Positions 34,689 to 46,300 of a DNA stretch of 64,000 nt are shown here, piece after piece. The DNA comes from Phytobacter ursingii. Its GTDB lineage: Bacteria; Pseudomonadota; Gammaproteobacteria; Enterobacterales; Enterobacteriaceae. Positions within the stretch are counted from its first letter, which is position 1. Every line of letters starts with the position of its first letter. The notes under the pieces were generated by a model that was not told the origin of the DNA, ran no database searches, and was given only the letters and a program-made list of their open reading frames with translations. The stretch lies in NCBI GenBank assembly GCA_901456055.1, contig CABDWT010000003.1, positions 5,352-69,351 on the forward strand. Direction: 5' to 3'. The position numbers and the translations under genes were made by a program.

Positions 34689-34724
34689 AACAAAACACAA
34701 CACCACGCGTTAAAGGAAAACACT

Positions 34725-35666
34725 ATGCTCGCTGTACTCACCCGGCTGTTCCCGTTATGGGCGCTGCTGCTCTCTGTGCTTGCTTATTACACGCCCTCTA
34801 CCTTCACGCCCATTGGCCCGTGGGTCACCACCCTACTCATGTTGATTATGTTCGGCATGGGCGTACACCTGAAAATTGACGATTTTAAGCGTGTACTTTC
34901 CCGCCCGGCCCCGGTTGCCGCAGGCATTTTCCTGCACTACCTGGTGATGCCGCTTGCCGCCTGGCTGCTGGCAATGATTTTCAAAATGCCGCCGGATCTT
35001 TCTGCCGGGATGGTGCTGGTCGGTAGCGTGGCCAGCGGTACGGCTTCCAACGTCATGATCTACCTGGCGAAAGGCGACGTGGCGCTCTCAGTGACCATTT
35101 CGTCTGTCTCAACGTTGGTTGGCGTAGTCGCCACACCGCTGCTGACGCGCCTCTATGTTGACGCCCACATTCAGGTGGATGTGATGGGTATGCTGCTGAG
35201 CATATTGCAGATTGTGGTGATTCCGATTGGACTGGGTTTGATTATTCATCACCTGTTCCCGCACGTGGTGAAGGTGGTGGAGCCGTATCTGCCCGCGTTT
35301 TCGATGGTCTGTATCCTGGCGATCATCAGCGCCGTGGTGGCGGGTTCCGCTTCACACATTGCGTCCGTAGGCCTGGTGGTGATTGTCGCGGTGATGTTGC
35401 ACAACAGTATCGGTCTGCTGGGTGGCTACTGGGGTGGGCGTCTGTTCGGTTTCGACGAATCCACCTGCCGCACACTGGCTATCGAAGTGGGGATGCAGAA
35501 CTCCGGCCTTGCTGCCGCACTCGGTAAACTTTACTTCTCGCCGCTGGCTGCCCTGCCAGGCGCGCTTTTCTCGGTCTGGCATAATCTGTCCGGCTCACTG
35601 CTGGCGGGTTACTGGTCCGGTAAGCCTATTGCAGACAAACCACGCGAAACAGTAAAAGAAAACTGA
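34725..35666 (+). CDS. bile acid:sodium symporter (BASS) family transporter
   Basis: 313 aa with about 9-10 predicted TM segments, typical of the BASS/YocS-type fold. Confidence 0.7.
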   Translation: MLAVLTRLFPLWALLLSVLAYYTPSTFTPIGPWVTTLLMLIMFGMGVHLKIDDFKRVLSRPAPVAAGIFLHYLVMPLAAWLLAMIFKMPPDLSAGMVLVGSVASGTASNVMIYLAKGDVALSVTISSVSTLVGVVATPLLTRLYVDAHIQVDVMGMLLSILQIVVIPIGLGLIIHHLFPHVVKVVEPYLPAFSMVCILAIISAVVAGSASHIASVGLVVIVAVMLHNSIGLLGGYWGGRLFGFDESTCRTLAIEVGMQNSGLAAALGKLYFSPLAALPGALFSVWHNLSGSLLAGYWSGKPIADKPRETVKEN

Positions 35667-35695
35667 CAGGCCGTATCAGGTTTGGCTTTGACGTT

Positions 35696-35731
35696 CCCCC
35701 GGTGGCGCTAACGCTTACCGGGGCTACGAGT
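35696..35731. repeat. REP element
   Basis: CCCCCGGTGGCGCTAACGCTTACCGGGGCTACGAG. Confidence 0.75.
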
Positions 35732-35806
35732 CAGTACGGTTTATTTATTGTGAGACGACACGCCTGTACCGTACACTGAGACCATCGGCTTACTGAGGGC
35801 ACCGAC

Positions 35807-36079
35807 ATGGCACTCCCCCGCATTACCCAAAAAGAGATGACCGAGCGCGAGCAGCGTGAACTGAAAACCTTGCTCGACCGCGCGCGTATTGCGCACGGAC
35901 GGGTTCTGACCAACGCCGAAACCAACAGCGTGAAAAAAGAGTACATCGATAAATTAATGGTTGAGCGTGAAGCGGAGGCAAAAAAAGCCCGCCAGATAAA
36001 GAAAAAGCAGGCTTACAAACCGGATGAAGCGACCACCTTCTCGTGGTCGGCCAATACGTCGACGCGCGGCAGGCGTTAA
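35807..36079 (+). CDS. yjbD: YjbD (DUF3811 family)
   Basis: 90 aa: [27 protein letters not shown]... Synteny with E. coli (adjacent to rluF). Confidence 0.75.
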   Translation: MALPRITQKEMTEREQRELKTLLDRARIAHGRVLTNAETNSVKKEYIDKLMVEREAEAKKARQIKKKQAYKPDEATTFSWSANTSTRGRR

Positions 36080-36954
36080 CGCCCCTTCTTCTTACGCCCC
36101 GGAGAGGTAAAGCGTTTACGCGACGCCATTTCCGCCGGGGTTTTTGCCATATTTTTCGCCCCACTGGCGACGGGCTTCTTCGCGGCGGTCGTCGCCGTTT
36201 TCGGTTTACTTTTTGTCTTTGGCTTCGCCTCGGACGAGGAATTCTCAATAAGCTTAAACAGCGTGATCAATTCGTCATCGGTCAGATCGCGCCATTCCCC
36301 GAGCGGCAGGCCAGCCAGCCCGACATTCATAATCCGGGTACGCTCAAGCTTCGTGACTTCATAGCCAAAATGTTCACACATGCGGCGAATCTGTCGGTTC
36401 AGCCCCTGAATCAGGGTGATACGAAAGACAAACGGCGCCTCTTTTTTGACTTTGCACTTCTTCGTGACCGTTCCCAGAATCGGTACACCTGACCCCATGC
36501 CACGAATAAATTCATCGGTCACGGGTTTGTCCACCGTCACCAGATACTCTTTTTCGTGATCATTGCCGGCACGCAAAATCTTGTTCACCAGATCCCCGTG
36601 GTTGGTGAGGAAGATCAGCCCCTGGGAGTCTTTATCGAGACGACCAATCGGGAAAACGCGTTTGCTGTGGTTAACAAAATCGACAATGTTGTCTTTTTCG
36701 CTGTCTTCCGTGGTACTGACAACGCCCACGGGTTTATTCAGCGCGATAAAGACCAGATCCTCGGCCTCGCGCGGCTCAATCAACTGACCGTTTACCTTAA
36801 CGACGTCGCCAGGCTTAACCTGATCGCCAATGGTGGCACGTTTACCGTTAATGAAAACATTGCCTTGTTCGATATAGCGATCGGCTTCGCGGCGCGAGCA
36901 AATTCCGCTTTCGCTGATGTATTTGTTTAATCGGGTTGATGAGTCTGGCAGCAT
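36076..36954 (-). CDS. rluF: 23S rRNA pseudouridine(2604) synthase
   Basis: [34 protein letters not shown]... matches E. coli RluF. Confidence 0.9.
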   Translation of the reverse strand: MLPDSSTRLNKYISESGICSRREADRYIEQGNVFINGKRATIGDQVKPGDVVKVNGQLIEPREAEDLVFIALNKPVGVVSTTEDSEKDNIVDFVNHSKRVFPIGRLDKDSQGLIFLTNHGDLVNKILRAGNDHEKEYLVTVDKPVTDEFIRGMGSGVPILGTVTKKCKVKKEAPFVFRITLIQGLNRQIRRMCEHFGYEVTKLERTRIMNVGLAGLPLGEWRDLTDDELITLFKLIENSSSEAKPKTKSKPKTATTAAKKPVASGAKNMAKTPAEMASRKRFTSPGRKKKGR

Positions 36955-37129
36955 AAATTCTCCTGTAAAAGCGAAATATATCTTATCAGAAGGTTAAGAA
37001 AATCTGCGCTTTCTCGCATCCCGGCGCTGCTGGAAAAACGAATTGCTTCATACTCGCAGGGGCTTAACGGCAATGAAGCGTTGCCCGGATATCTTCATTG
37101 CCTTTTGACCAACCCCGACACCGTGGGCG

Positions 37130-38761
37130 TTAATACTCATCCCTTTCATCATCTTCATCCGGCTGCTCCAGCACGCTGTAGGCCACCGAACAGAACAGGG
37201 AGTTAAGGCGCTTCATGTCGCCCAACAGCCCCAGGTGCAGCGAGCTGGTTTCAATACTCTGTACGTTCTGCTGATGCAGCCTGTCAACGTGGGCGTGGGA
37301 GTAACGACGGTTGAGAATACGGAAACGATGCTTACTGCGGCGCAGACGGCGCGCGCTGGTGACATCGGCAGAGAAAAAGACCGACATCGCCAGTTTCAAA
37401 TTGCTGAGTAATAGTTCATGTAACGTATCGAGCTCTTTCAATCCTTCAACGGAAAAGGCACGCCGCACCGCCAGTGATTTATCGGCGATTTCACTGCCCA
37501 TACGCTCTACAATGTCAGAGGCCTGTTCCAGGTTAAGAGACATCTCGATAATCTCAGCCCAGCGTTTTGACTCCTCTTCCGCCAGCTCTTCTTTTGGCAT
37601 ACGTGCCAGATAGAGCTTGATGGCGGTATACAGCACATTAATGTCATCGGCGAGCTTGCGCAGGTCTTTTTCCTCCCTGGGCGCACCGTGCATCACTTTA
37701 TGTAGCCCTTCCAGCATCAGCTCCATCGCGTCGCCCATCCGTAGCGTTTCCCGGGCCGCATTGGCCAGCGCAAGCGTTGGCGTATCCAGCGCTGAACTGT
37801 CGAGATGCTTCGGTTTCAGGCGCGCATCCAGCTCCGGTTCATCGCGGATTAACCGTTCACAGAAGGTCGCCATCACGCCCACAAAAGGCACCATTGCCAG
37901 GCAGCGAATCAAGTTGTAGAAGACGTGGAAGTAGATAACCAGCTCGGCTTTGGGCAGCGGCAGTTTGCCCATCACATCGGCCAGTATGTGCACAAACGGC
38001 AGAATGATCAGGCTCCCCACCAGCTTAAACAGCAAACTGCCCAGCGCCACGCGGCGTGCTGCGGCGTTGGCGGCACTGTTGTTGAGCATCGCCAGCAGGC
38101 CGGAGCCGAGGTTGGCGCCAATCACCAGACAGAGCGCCACCGGGAAGGAGATAATCCCCGCCGTGGTCAGCGTGGCGGTCAGTAACACTGCCGCCAGACT
38201 TGAATAGCTGATGATAGCGAACACCGCGCCAATCAGGGCATCCAGCATGATGTCGCCCGTCAGCGACGCGAAGATCACCTGAACGCCATCGGCCTGAGTA
38301 ATCGGGGTCACCGCCTGAACAATCAGCTCAAGCGCCAGCAAAATCAGGCCAAGGCCGATGCTGACACGCCCCAACTGGCCTTCGCGCGTTTGCTTGCGCC
38401 CCAGGAAAAAAATCACGCCGATGAATATCAGCAACGGAGATAACCACGATAGATCGAAGGTGAGAACACGCGCCATCAGCGCAGTCCCCACGTCAGCGCC
38501 CAGCACGATCACCAGCGCAGGCGCGAGCGCCACCAGGTCCTGGGCAACGAACGACGTCACCAACATGGTGGTGGCATTGCTGCTTTGTACCAGTGCGGTC
38601 ACGCCAATCCCGGCGCTAAAAGCGAGGGACTTCTTTTCAATACTGCGACTGAGTACCGTGCGCAGCCGCGCGCCAAAAACGCGCATGACACCGGTACGTA
38701 CGATATGCGTGCCCCATACCAGGAGGGCAACAGAAGAGAGTAAGTGAAGCAAAATTAACAC
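37130..38761 (-). CDS. yjbB: Na/Pi-cotransporter family protein YjbB
   Basis: 543 aa, multi-TM, with a C-terminal PhoU-like region. Colinear with E. coli YjbB. Confidence 0.85.
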   Translation of the reverse strand: MLILLHLLSSVALLVWGTHIVRTGVMRVFGARLRTVLSRSIEKKSLAFSAGIGVTALVQSSNATTMLVTSFVAQDLVALAPALVIVLGADVGTALMARVLTFDLSWLSPLLIFIGVIFFLGRKQTREGQLGRVSIGLGLILLALELIVQAVTPITQADGVQVIFASLTGDIMLDALIGAVFAIISYSSLAAVLLTATLTTAGIISFPVALCLVIGANLGSGLLAMLNNSAANAAARRVALGSLLFKLVGSLIILPFVHILADVMGKLPLPKAELVIYFHVFYNLIRCLAMVPFVGVMATFCERLIRDEPELDARLKPKHLDSSALDTPTLALANAARETLRMGDAMELMLEGLHKVMHGAPREEKDLRKLADDINVLYTAIKLYLARMPKEELAEEESKRWAEIIEMSLNLEQASDIVERMGSEIADKSLAVRRAFSVEGLKELDTLHELLLSNLKLAMSVFFSADVTSARRLRRSKHRFRILNRRYSHAHVDRLHQQNVQSIETSSLHLGLLGDMKRLNSLFCSVAYSVLEQPDEDDERDEY

Positions 38762-38921
38762 GTATTCAGGTTCTCCTTATCGTTGTCGATTCCTTTCGTT
38801 TTCCCCTTTTCCCGGTTTTAGCCTGCAAGTCGGGGAGAAAAGGCCCTGTCAGTTCAGAGCAAGGATTATTAAATCTAAGTATAAAGACTTACGCGCCATA
38901 AAGAGACATGTGGATTCAACA

Positions 38922-39368
38922 TTACGTTAACAATGCCCGTTTTCTCAGCCACAGTAACGAACCGATCTTAAGCGTTTCGGAAATGACGAACAAAATAAGG
39001 GCAACGAACGCATCCTCAATTCGCATGACCTGCAGGAGCAGCGGAAAAAGGGCGACCGAGCAGGTGAGCGATAAAATACGCATCATTTCCTGCAACCCAA
39101 TGAGCAGGAAACGTATTTTCTTTTTGACGAGAAAGGCGTATGCCGAAAAACACAGTGATAACAACAACCCTGAATGGATAAAAAAGAGGAATTGCAGAAA
39201 AATACGGTCCGCCCCTCTGACTTCCATTAACGTCAGTTGGGTGTAGAAAAGCTGGATATCGGACCAGATCGGTACGTGAGCCATTTTTAGGGAATAGAAA
39301 AGATAGCTTCCGATGGCCAGAAGATCCATCGTTCCCCAGAACGTAAATATTTTATCTTTATAACTCAT
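38922..39368 (-). CDS. small hypothetical membrane protein (about 4 TM) in AT-rich DNA
   Basis: 148-aa ORF with hydrophobic segments. The local AT-rich composition suggests acquired DNA. There is no family match, so the call is weak. Confidence 0.3.
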   Translation of the reverse strand: MSYKDKIFTFWGTMDLLAIGSYLFYSLKMAHVPIWSDIQLFYTQLTLMEVRGADRIFLQFLFFIHSGLLLSLCFSAYAFLVKKKIRFLLIGLQEMMRILSLTCSVALFPLLLQVMRIEDAFVALILFVISETLKIGSLLWLRKRALLT

Positions 39369-39665
39369 ATCATTACTGCTTCCCTGTTATGCATAGCGCT
39401 TTTTATCAGTATAAAGGCAAAGATGTAATAAAGAGATAAACAAAACAGAGTAAATGCATTATCAATACCAGAATGAATAATAAAATGGCCGACTGGCACG
39501 ACTTTCATATTCAGCGGATTGTCTTTAATTATCGTTTCTTCTGTAGAAACTTTGTTAACGAAAAAACAATGTTGTTACTCTCGCAAAAGAGAAACTATCC
39601 GCTTTATTTATAAATTAATATGCTAAATAATCTGCCATGAGTTATTACGCAGTAGGGGAATAAAG

Positions 39666-40106
39666 ATGCGTTTCAGTACTATGTCCGACAGTGAAATTAT
39701 TTCTGAATTGTGCCGCAGAATTAAAGAAACGCGTATGCAGCTCGGGCTATCGCAGATTGAACTGGCCGAGCGCGCACAAGTCGGCGCTGCAACCATCAAA
39801 CGCGTTGAATTAGGCGAATCTGTGACCCTGAGTACGCTTATCGGTATTCTGCGCGGTCTGGATCGTCTGCATCAACTGGAGTCGGTTTTATTCGATTCGC
39901 ACATTCGCACCTTTAACGCGCAAATCAATGCCGCAACCCCTTCCCGTATCCGTATCCGGAAAAAAGCGCACCAGCCAAAAGAAAAATTCACCGCCGCAAC
40001 GCAGACCAGCGACACTAACGCCACCATCAACGAATGGTATACCTCATCGGCTTCTCACAGTGTGGTCTGGTCTTTCCTGCCGCCTGACACAGAGAAAAAA
40101 GGGTAA
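39666..40106 (+). CDS. XRE-family HTH transcriptional regulator
   Basis: Cro/C1-type HTH: LGLSQIELAERAQVGAATIKRVELGE. Confidence 0.6.
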   Translation: MRFSTMSDSEIISELCRRIKETRMQLGLSQIELAERAQVGAATIKRVELGESVTLSTLIGILRGLDRLHQLESVLFDSHIRTFNAQINAATPSRIRIRKKAHQPKEKFTAATQTSDTNATINEWYTSSASHSVVWSFLPPDTEKKG

Positions 40107-40154
40107 TTCGTTTTGGGAGATGTCCCGGTAAGTTTGCACCGCCGGAGAAAGAGA

Positions 40155-40180
40155 AACCGCCTGCAAGCAGGCGGTTTTTT
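40155..40180 (+). terminator. terminator between convergent regulator and serine dehydratase genes
   Basis: ACCGCCTGC-aag-CAGGCGGT followed by TTTTTT. Confidence 0.5.
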
Positions 40181-40188
40181 GAGGGGAC

Positions 40189-41556
40189 TCAGGATTCACA
40201 TACCGCGACTTTAATCGCCAGACCGCCTCGTGCGGTTTCACGGTATTTGGCGTTCATGTCTTTGCCTGTCTCAAACATCGTTTCGATGACTTTATCCAGT
40301 GAGACTTTCGGATCGCTGGTGCGGTACATCGCCATGCTCGCCGAGTTAATCGCCTTCACTGCCGCAATCGCGTTACGCTCGATACACGGCACCTGAACCT
40401 GCCCGGCGACCGGATCGCAGGTCAGCCCAAGGTTATGTTCCATGCCGATTTCCGCCGCGATGCACACTTTCTCCGGACTACCGCCCAGAAGCTCGGCCAG
40501 GCCGGCGGAGGCCATCGAACAGGCCACGCCCACTTCCCCCTGACAACCGACTTCAGCCCCGGAAATAGAAGCATTCATTTTATACAGAATGCCAATCGCG
40601 CCCGCCGTCAGGTAGTAGCGCATATAGATTTCCGGCGTCACCGCCTTGATAAAGCGATCGTAATAGGCCAGTACTGCCGGGATGATACCGCAGGCGCCAT
40701 TGGTCGGGGCGGTGACCACGCGTCCGCCTGCCGCGTTCTCTTCGCCGACCGCCATGGCGAACATATTGACCCAGTCCATTGCGCTTAACGGCGTAATAGA
40801 CTGGCTTTGCGGCGCCAGCACACGATGCAGCGCAGAGGCACGACGCGGTACTTTCAACGGCCCGGGCAAAATGCCTTCCGTGTTCATACCACGGTTAATG
40901 GCATTTCTCATGGTCTCCCAGATTTTCGCCATATTTTGCTCAACGTTCTCCCTGCCGTGGCGGGCGATCTCATTTTTCATCATCACCGCAGAAATCGACA
41001 GGCAGTTGTCGTGGCAGTGTGCCAGCAGGTTGCGGGCAGAATAGAACGGGAACGGAAGATCGACATCCGCGTCCTGGCTCTTGCCAAAGTTTTCTTCCGT
41101 GACGATAAAACCGCCACCGATAGAATAATAGGTCTGGAAGTGGACGATTTTGCCATCGCAAAACGCCGTTATGCTCATGCCGTTTTCATGCAGCGGCAGA
41201 AACTCATTGTGAAAACGCATGCATTCCGCCACCGGGAACTCAATTTCCCGCTGACCTTCTTCAATAAACAGACGATGCATGGTGTTTACATCGCGAATAA
41301 TGCCGGGAATGGCGTCAATGTCGACGGTATCCGGCAAATACCCGGACAGTCCAAGAATAATCGCGATATCGGTGTGGTGGCCTTTACCTGTTAATGACAG
41401 GGAACCGTACACATCCACCACCAGACGAGTCACTTTATGCAGCAGGCCTTTTTCCTGCAGGGTATCAACAAAATGTTTTCCTGCTTTCATCGGCCCAACA
41501 GTGTGTGAGCTGGACGGCCCGATGCTGATTTTGAAAATATCGAAAACGCTAATCAT
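40189..41556 (-). CDS. L-serine dehydratase (SdaA/SdaB/TdcG family)
   Basis: 455 aa. MISVFDIFKISIGPSSSHTVGPMKAG... is typical of Fe-S L-serine dehydratases. Confidence 0.85.
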   Translation of the reverse strand: MISVFDIFKISIGPSSSHTVGPMKAGKHFVDTLQEKGLLHKVTRLVVDVYGSLSLTGKGHHTDIAIILGLSGYLPDTVDIDAIPGIIRDVNTMHRLFIEEGQREIEFPVAECMRFHNEFLPLHENGMSITAFCDGKIVHFQTYYSIGGGFIVTEENFGKSQDADVDLPFPFYSARNLLAHCHDNCLSISAVMMKNEIARHGRENVEQNMAKIWETMRNAINRGMNTEGILPGPLKVPRRASALHRVLAPQSQSITPLSAMDWVNMFAMAVGEENAAGGRVVTAPTNGACGIIPAVLAYYDRFIKAVTPEIYMRYYLTAGAIGILYKMNASISGAEVGCQGEVGVACSMASAGLAELLGGSPEKVCIAAEIGMEHNLGLTCDPVAGQVQVPCIERNAIAAVKAINSASMAMYRTSDPKVSLDKVIETMFETGKDMNAKYRETARGGLAIKVAVCES

Positions 41557-41619
41557 GTGGCACCCATGCGGTTACAAAGCAAAACGGATGCGCCGCCTGT
41601 GACAGGCGGCGCTGAAAAC

Positions 41620-42903
41620 TTAGCTGAACAGAGAGAAGAAGATGGCGGAGATGGCAATCAGCCCCATCAGCACCACAAACGCGTTACTGATATGACCGCT
41701 GTACTTGCGCATAGCCGGTACTTTGTTGATGGCATACATCGGCATCAGGAACAGAATCATCGCGATAACCGGACCACCCAGCGTTTCAATCATGCCCAGG
41801 ATGCTCGGGTTGAGAGTCGCAACAATCCAGGTGGTCACCAGCATAAACAGCGCAGTGATCTTGTTCAGTTTATTGATTTCAATGGATTTGCCTTTGCTAC
41901 GCAGAGACTTAATCACCATGCCGTTGAAACCTTCACGCGCACCAAGGTAGTGACCGAGGAAAGATTTGGTAATGGCGATCATGGCGATAATCGGCGCCAT
42001 CCAGGCAATTACCGGCGCGTTAAAATGGTTTGCCAGATAGGAGAGAATGGAGATGTTTTGTGCTTTCGCTTCCGCCAGGTTTTCCGGGGACAGGCTCAGT
42101 ACGCAACTGAACACAAAGAACATCACGGTCAGCACCATCATGATATGTGCAAAGCCCAGGATGCGGGAACATTTGCGTTCGGCATCCTGACCGTACTCTT
42201 CGCGTTTAGCCACTGCGAAAGAAGAGATAATCGGCGAGTGGTTAAAGGAGAAAACCATGACCGGAATTGCCAGCCACAGGGTCATCCACAGACCGTGACC
42301 AGACGGCGCCGCGTTGCTCAGTGAAAGTGTATCCAGGACCGCACCGTTCCATTGCGGAATCAGATACAGCGCCAGCATCATCAGCGCAACAACGAACGGG
42401 AATACCAGTACGCTCATCGCTTTAACAATCATTTTTTCGCCAAAGCGGACAATGCCCATCATGCCGATAATCAGAATCAGCGATAAAATGGCGCGCGGCG
42501 GTGAAACCAGGCCAAGCTGGTGAGTAATAAAACTGTCGACGGTGTTGGTAATGGCGACACTATAAACCAGCAGAATCGGATAAATAGCGAAGAAGTAGAG
42601 CAACGTAATGAGCTTACCCGCGCCGATACCGAAATGTTCTTCAACCACTTCGGTGATATCTTCACCTGGATTTTTACCCGATAAAACGAAACGGGTTAAA
42701 CCACGGTGAGCGAAAAATGTCATCGGGAATGCGAGAATTGCCATGATGATTAACGGAATTAAACCACCAACCCCGGCGTTAATCGGCAGGAAAAGCACCC
42801 CTGCGCCAATCGCAGTACCGTACAGACCCAGCATCCACACGGTATCACTTTTTCTCCAGCCGCTGCTTTCGCGAGCGACGAGGGTATTTTGAACGGTTTC
42901 CAT
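41620..42903 (-). CDS. serine transporter (HAAAP family, SdaC-like)
   Basis: 427 aa with 11 TM, colinear with E. coli SdaC. It is upstream of and co-oriented with the dehydratase. Confidence 0.85.
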   Translation of the reverse strand: METVQNTLVARESSGWRKSDTVWMLGLYGTAIGAGVLFLPINAGVGGLIPLIIMAILAFPMTFFAHRGLTRFVLSGKNPGEDITEVVEEHFGIGAGKLITLLYFFAIYPILLVYSVAITNTVDSFITHQLGLVSPPRAILSLILIIGMMGIVRFGEKMIVKAMSVLVFPFVVALMMLALYLIPQWNGAVLDTLSLSNAAPSGHGLWMTLWLAIPVMVFSFNHSPIISSFAVAKREEYGQDAERKCSRILGFAHIMMVLTVMFFVFSCVLSLSPENLAEAKAQNISILSYLANHFNAPVIAWMAPIIAMIAITKSFLGHYLGAREGFNGMVIKSLRSKGKSIEINKLNKITALFMLVTTWIVATLNPSILGMIETLGGPVIAMILFLMPMYAINKVPAMRKYSGHISNAFVVLMGLIAISAIFFSLFS

Positions 42904-43263
42904 AATATGGCCTCAGTAATATAGATTAGAGCCAGGTTTATTTAGCTCTGATTCAGGTAATAAAAGCGCTGTGTTTATTTGGCTATTTTATTAAATGCAA
43001 CTATGCTGAGTTACTAACAGCGATCACATAACCTGATTTATTGAGGGACTTTTAAAGTATCAAAAATAACACCGGGATTTTAATATATTTTTAAGGTATC
43101 ACTTTTAATACGTTATTATTTTACCGCACGATCTCAACTGCCTATACAGTTATATATTTTAAGACCAGAGATAACAAACTATATTTGTCATACGATTAAT
43201 AAAAAATAATCAAAAAATATTTCCGCGAGTTAAATATGTCAGCAGTAAGCCTATGACGGACAT

Positions 43264-43291
43264 AAAAAAACCGGCCTGCTAACAGGCCGGT
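43264..43291 (-). terminator. metH terminator
   Basis: Minus-strand ACCGGCCTG-ttagc-AGGCCGGT followed by TTTTTTT. Confidence 0.6.
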
Positions 43292-43311
43292 AGAGAGAGG
43301 ACAGGCTGCGA

Positions 43312-46300
43312 TTAGTCCGCGTCATAGCCCAGATTCGGCGCCAGCCAGCGTTCCACTTCCGCCACGCTCATTCCCTTACGTAGTGCGTAGTCTTCAACCT
43401 GGTCGCGCTGAATCTGCGCCACGGCGAAATACTTGCTGTCAGGGTGGCTAAAGTACCAGCCAGAAACCGAGGCACCCGGCCACATGGCGAAGGATTCCGT
43501 CAGCTTCATACCGGTATGGGTCTCCACATCCAGCAACTGCCAGATCGTGCCCTTTTCCGTATGCTCCGGACAGGCCGGGTACCCCGGCGCCGGGCGAATC
43601 CCCTGATAGTTTTCGCGGATCAACTCTTCGTTGCTGAGGTTCTCATTGGCCGCATAGCCCCAATAGACCTTACGTACACGCTCATGCAGGTATTCCGCGA
43701 AGGCCTCCGCCAGACGGTCAGCCACCGCTTTCACCATGATTTTGTTGTAATCATCATGCTGCGCGTCGTAGGCCTCTGCCAGCGCGTCTTCTTCAAGACC
43801 ACCGGTAACGGCAAACGCACCAATGTAATCTTCTTTACCGCTCAACTTCGGCGCGACAAAATCGGCCAGACAGTAGTTAGCAAAGCCGACTTTCTCGGTC
43901 TGCTGACGCAGATGACGACTTACCGCGAGCACCTGCGTACGGGTTTCATCGCGATAGATCTCAACATCGTCGCCGACGCGGTTCGCCGGGAACAAGCCCA
44001 CTACACCGCGCGGGTTCAGCGCTTTTGTCGCACTCAACTGGTCAAGCATATCATTGGCATCTTTGAACAGGCGTTGTGCCTCCTCTCCGACAATCTCATC
44101 TTCGAGAATGCGCGGATATTTTCCGGCCAGCGACCAGGTCATAAAAAACGGCGTCCAGTCGATATAGTTACGCAGGGTTTCGATGCTTGCTTCCACTTCC
44201 TGCACGCCCAGGCGATGCGCCACCGGCGGGGTGTAGCTCTGCCAGTCGAATGCGAGATCGTTTTCGCGGGCGGCCTCCAGCGTCACTGGCGGGGTGCGCG
44301 GCTTTTTACGTCCGTGCTGGATACGCACGGTTTCGTACTCTTTGCGCGTGCGCGCCACAAAATCGTCGCGCTGAGTGTCGGAAAGCAGCGCGGAGACCAC
44401 GCCCACGGTACGCGAGGCGTTTTGCACATAGACCGTCGGACCGCTGTAATTCTGTTCGATTTTTACCGCCGTGTGCGCTTTCGATGTCGTCGCGCCGCCA
44501 ATCAGCAGCGGGATGGTAAAGCCCTGACGCTCCATCTCTTTCGCTACGTTGACCATTTCATCCAGCGACGGGGTGATCAGGCCAGACAGGCCAATCAGGT
44601 CGGCGTTCACTTCACGGGCGGTTTTGAGGATTTTGTCCGTCGGCACCATCACGCCCAGGTCGACGATTTCGTAGTTATTACACTGTAAGACCACGCCGAC
44701 AATATTTTTACCGATGTCATGGACGTCGCCTTTAACGGTGGCGATAACCATTTTGCCGTTGCTGGAGCCTTTCTCTTTGCTGGCTTCAATAAACGGCTCA
44801 AGGTAGGCCACCGCCTGTTTCATAACGCGTGCGGATTTCACCACCTGCGGCAGGAACATTTTGCCCTCGCCGAACAGGTCGCCGACCACATTCATACCGT
44901 CCATCAGCGGCCCTTCAATCACCTCAATCGGGCGGGCCGCCTGCTGACGGGCTTCTTCGGTATCCTCTTCGATAAATTCGGTGATGCCTTTAACCAGCGA
45001 ATATTCCAGGCGTTTCTTCACATCCCAGGTCCGCCATTCCGCCTGCTGGGCGTTGGCGGTATCGTCGGTTTTGCTGCCACGGTATTTTTCCGCCAGATCC
45101 AACAAGCGTTCTGTACTGTCATCGCGACGGTTAAGAATCACATCTTCGACCGCATCGCGCAGTTCTGTCGGCAGGTCGTCGTAAATCGCCAGTTGTCCGG
45201 CGTTGACGATCCCCATGTCCATGCCATTACGGATGGCGTAATAAAGAAAGACTGCATGAATCGCTTCACGAACCGGGTCATTACCACGGAACGAGAATGA
45301 GACGTTGGAGACGCCGCCGGAAATCAGTGCATGGGGCAGCTCGCGTTTGATATCTTCGCAGGCGCCGATAAAGTCCTGCGCGTAGTTGTTGTGCTCTTCA
45401 ATACCGGTGGCGACCGCGAAGATGTTCGGGTCAAAAATGATGTCTTCCGGCGGGAAGCCTACCTCTTTGGTCAGAATGTTGTACGCCCGGCGGCAAATTT
45501 CGATTTTGCGCTCGCGGGTATCCGCCTGCCCGACTTCATCAAAGGCCATCACCACCACGGCCGCGCCATAGCGACGAACCAGCTTCGCGTGATGGATAAA
45601 GGCCTCTACCCCTTCTTTCATCGAGATGGAGTTAACGATGCCTTTACCCTGAATGCATTTCAGCCCTTTCTCGATCACATCCCATTTTGAGGAGTCGATC
45701 ATAATGGGCACACGGGCAATGTCTGGCTCGCCAGCAATCAGGTTAAGAAAACGCACCATCGCCGCTTCGGCGTCGAGCATCCCCTCATCCATATTGATAT
45801 CGATGATTTGCGCGCCGTTTTCTACCTGCTGACGCGCCACATCCAGCGCTTCGTTGTACTTTTCTTCTTTGATCAGACGCTTGAATTTCGCCGAACCGGT
45901 AACGTTGGTTCGTTCACCTACGTTAACAAACAGGCTGTCATCGCCAATATTCAGCGGCTCCAGGCCCGCCAGACGACAGGCGACGGGGATCGCTGGCAGT
46001 TTGCGCGGGGGCAGACCTGCGACGGCATCGCTCATCGCTTTAATATGATCAGGTGTGGTGCCACAGCAGCCGCCAACCACGTTCAGAAAGCCGGACTCTG
46101 CCCATTCGCGAATTTGTGCGGCCATGGTGTCGGCATCGAGATCGTATTCGCCAAAGGCGTTTGGTAAACCCGCATTCGGGTGCGCGGTGACGTAGCATTC
46201 GGCAATGCGCGAAAGCTCCTGAACATACTGGCGCAGCTCGTCCGGCCCCAGTGCGCAGTTCAGGCCGAAGGTGAGCGCATCGGCATGGCGCAATGAGTTA

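Noticed and set aside
43444-44688. 414-aa ORF antisense within metH (and others at 44719-45300, 45331-45690, 46318-46698)
   Set aside because: All are embedded antisense in the 1232-aa metH, a conserved single-gene locus.
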